From: Candidatus Hydrogenedens sp.
GTDB taxonomy: Bacteria > Hydrogenedentota > Hydrogenedentia > Hydrogenedentales > Hydrogenedentaceae
Length of the DNA stretch: 724 bases
Assembly (NCBI GenBank): GCA_049968235.1
Contig: JBMFRC010000052.1
Span: forward strand, 1-724
Reading direction: 5' to 3'
Numbering within the stretch: position 1 is the first letter of the stretch; each line of letters opens with the position of its first letter. Under the pieces are notes generated by a model that saw nothing but the letters and a program-made list of their open reading frames with translations, was not told the DNA's origin and did no database searches. Position numbers and translations under genes: made by a program. Below are positions 1 through 724 of this stretch, piece by piece.

Positions 1-493
1 CATCTAATAACAAAAGTTTTGGATTTAGTGCTAAAGCTTTTGCAAGCTCCATCCTGCGTATAATCCCAAAGGCTAATTCTGATGGGCGTTTGTTATAGAC
101 CAATTCTAAGCCAAGTTTTTTTGCTATTTGTATAGCCTGTTCTTTTATGCCTTTTTTATAGAAAAACTGAAATTTATCTTCCAGTAAAGATAACTCAATA
201 TTTTCTAACACTGTTTGTCTACTAAGTGGTCTTGAATGTTGAAACATTACTGCAATACCTTTTTTTATTCTTTTGTGTATGCTTAAATGTTGAATTTCTT
301 CTCCATTAAATTTTATTATACCACCTGTTGGTTTGTAAAGGCCTATGAGTAAATGCATTATTGTAGATTTTCCTGCACCATTTGGACCTATTAAACCTAC
401 AATTTCATTTTTATTAATTTCAAAGCTTACATTGTCTGTGGCATGTATGCCGCCAAAATATTTGTCCAGATTTTTTACTTCCAGTAACGCCAT
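1..493 (-). CDS. livG: Branched-chain amino acid ABC transporter ATP-binding protein (LivG-like), N-terminal 164 aa. Start ATG is at rc of 491-493. There is no stop in the window, so the ORF continues past position 1. Codons occupy 2..493 and position 1 is the first base of the next codon.
   Basis: Hand translation of the minus strand from 493 downward gives MALLEVKNLDKYFGGIHATDNVSFEINKNEIVGLIGPNGAGKSTIMHLLIGLYKPTGGIIKFNGEEIQHLSIHKRIKKGIAVMFQHSRPLSRQTVLENIELSLLEDKFQFFYKKGIKEQAIQIAKKLGLELVYNKRPSELAFGIIRRMELAKALALNPKLLLLD. There are no stops in 164 codons. The N-terminal LxVxNLxKxFGG and Walker A GPNGAGKST are present. YKPTGG and the Q-loop FQHSRPL follow. The signature region LAFGIIRRMELAKALA aligns to E. 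coli LivG (NLAYGDQRRLEIARCM). Walker B hhhhD (LLLLD, then E from base 1) is at the window edge. The ORF is absent from the supplied track, probably because no stop lies inside the window. Confidence 0.9.
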   Translation of the reverse strand, partial: MALLEVKNLDKYFGGIHATDNVSFEINKNEIVGLIGPNGAGKSTIMHLLIGLYKPTGGIIKFNGEEIQHLSIHKRIKKGIAVMFQHSRPLSRQTVLENIELSLLEDKFQFFYKKGIKEQAIQIAKKLGLELVYNKRPSELAFGIIRRMELAKALALNPKLLLLD

Positions 494-724
494 TTAGTTT
501 TTCCTCAAAAACAAGCTTATTATACCATCTGGCAAAAAAAGCAATACTATAAGTCCCATTATCGACACAACAACATAGCTAAGCTGACCCAACGGTTGCA
601 ACCACTCTCTTAAAAGTATTATAAAAAAAGCTCCCAAAATAGGTCCTATAATTGTTCTTCTTCCACCAATAATAGCAGAAATTATAATTTGCAATACAAC
701 AGCAATAGACACTACGAGACTCAC
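494..724 (-). CDS. livM: Branched-chain amino acid ABC transporter permease, C-terminal fragment (LivM/LivH family). The 5' end lies beyond the right window edge and the first in-window codon GTG is internal, not a start. Stop TAA is at rc of 494-496.
   Basis: This matches the supplied 76-aa ORF. The translation ...IIGGRRTIIGPILGAFFIILLREWLQPLGQLSYVVVSIMGLIVLLFLPDGIISLFLRKN* has the characteristic C-terminal last TM helix and tail of LivH/LivM permeases, a hydrophobic G-rich segment, the GxRxxxGPxLGA pattern and a terminal LFxPxGI. Choosing livM over livH is inferred only from its position directly upstream of the livG-like ATPase, following the canonical livK-H-M-G-F order. Confidence 0.85.
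   Translation of the reverse strand: MSLVVSIAVVLQIIISAIIGGRRTIIGPILGAFFIILLREWLQPLGQLSYVVVSIMGLIVLLFLPDGIISLFLRKN
502..506 (-). promoter_or_regulatory. Shine-Dalgarno (GAGGA) for the livG-like ORF, embedded in the 3' end of the permease gene
   Basis: The minus strand reads ...TTTTTGAGGAAAAACTAAATGGCG. GAGGA (rc of tcctc at 502-506) lies 8 nt upstream of the ATG at rc 491-493. That spacing is typical for a bacterial RBS. Confidence 0.5.

Noticed and set aside
441-450. Short inverted repeat gcat-gt-atgc (4-bp arms, 2-nt spacer)
   Set aside because: It is too short to form a stable hairpin or to be a credible operator. It lies inside the ATPase coding sequence (codons for His-Ala/Ile-Gly). This is a chance palindrome.
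534-540. A7 homopolymer tracts inside the permease coding region at 534-540 and 623-629 (T7 on the coding strand, encoding Phe-Phe/Leu), plus several T5-T6 runs at 152-157, 261-266 and 471-475 inside the ATPase ORF. These are possible slipped-strand or phase-variation sites.
   Set aside because: In a ~33% GC genome, runs of 6-7 A/T arise constantly from AAA and TTT codons. Both ORFs read through in frame with conserved motifs on either side, and nothing suggests a frameshifted or phase-variable allele. Poly-A/T tracts this short are not established contingency loci without population data.
1-724. Plus-strand coding potential, RNA genes, CRISPR repeats, IS/transposon ends, toxin-antitoxin or defence-system signatures, prompted by the suggestion that a novel system might be present.
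   Set aside because: The supplied six-frame track shows no plus-strand ORF. The entire window is accounted for by two abutting minus-strand transporter genes, with no intergenic space at all. There are no direct repeats, no tRNA-like structure and no terminators. Nothing supports a novel system. This is an ordinary core-metabolism transport operon.
494-724. The track's translation starting with M (MSLVVS...) could be read as a genuine 76-aa small protein.
   Set aside because: The first codon is GTG at the window edge, rendered as M by the tool. The sequence is clearly the C-terminal tail of a much longer LivM/LivH-type permease that continues beyond position 724. It is not an independent small ORF.

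Overview
This window lies entirely inside a branched-chain amino acid (Liv-type) ABC transporter operon on the minus strand, and I see no evidence of a novel system. Positions 724..494 encode the C-terminal 76 residues of a LivM/LivH-family permease, which continues beyond the window's right edge. Its TAA stop (rc of 494-496) is followed directly, in the same frame, by an ATG (rc of 491-493). That ATG opens a second ORF that runs without a stop to position 1 and off the left edge. I translated it by hand to 164 residues with a Walker A motif (GPNGAGKST), a Q-loop (MFQHSRPL), a LivG-type degenerate signature (LAFGI) and the start of Walker B (LLLLD-E). This is the N-terminal two-thirds of a LivG-like ABC ATPase. 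The supplied ORF track omits it, presumably because it has no in-window stop. A GAGGA Shine-Dalgarno for the ATPase sits inside the permease 3' end (rc of 502-506), which suggests translational coupling. GC content is about 33% (236 of 724 by my count). Codons are A/T-ending and the proteins are rich in Ile, Lys and Asn, so the host is AT-rich. No RNA genes, CRISPR repeats, mobile-element ends, terminators or convincing plus-strand ORFs are visible. These are ordinary core transporter genes.
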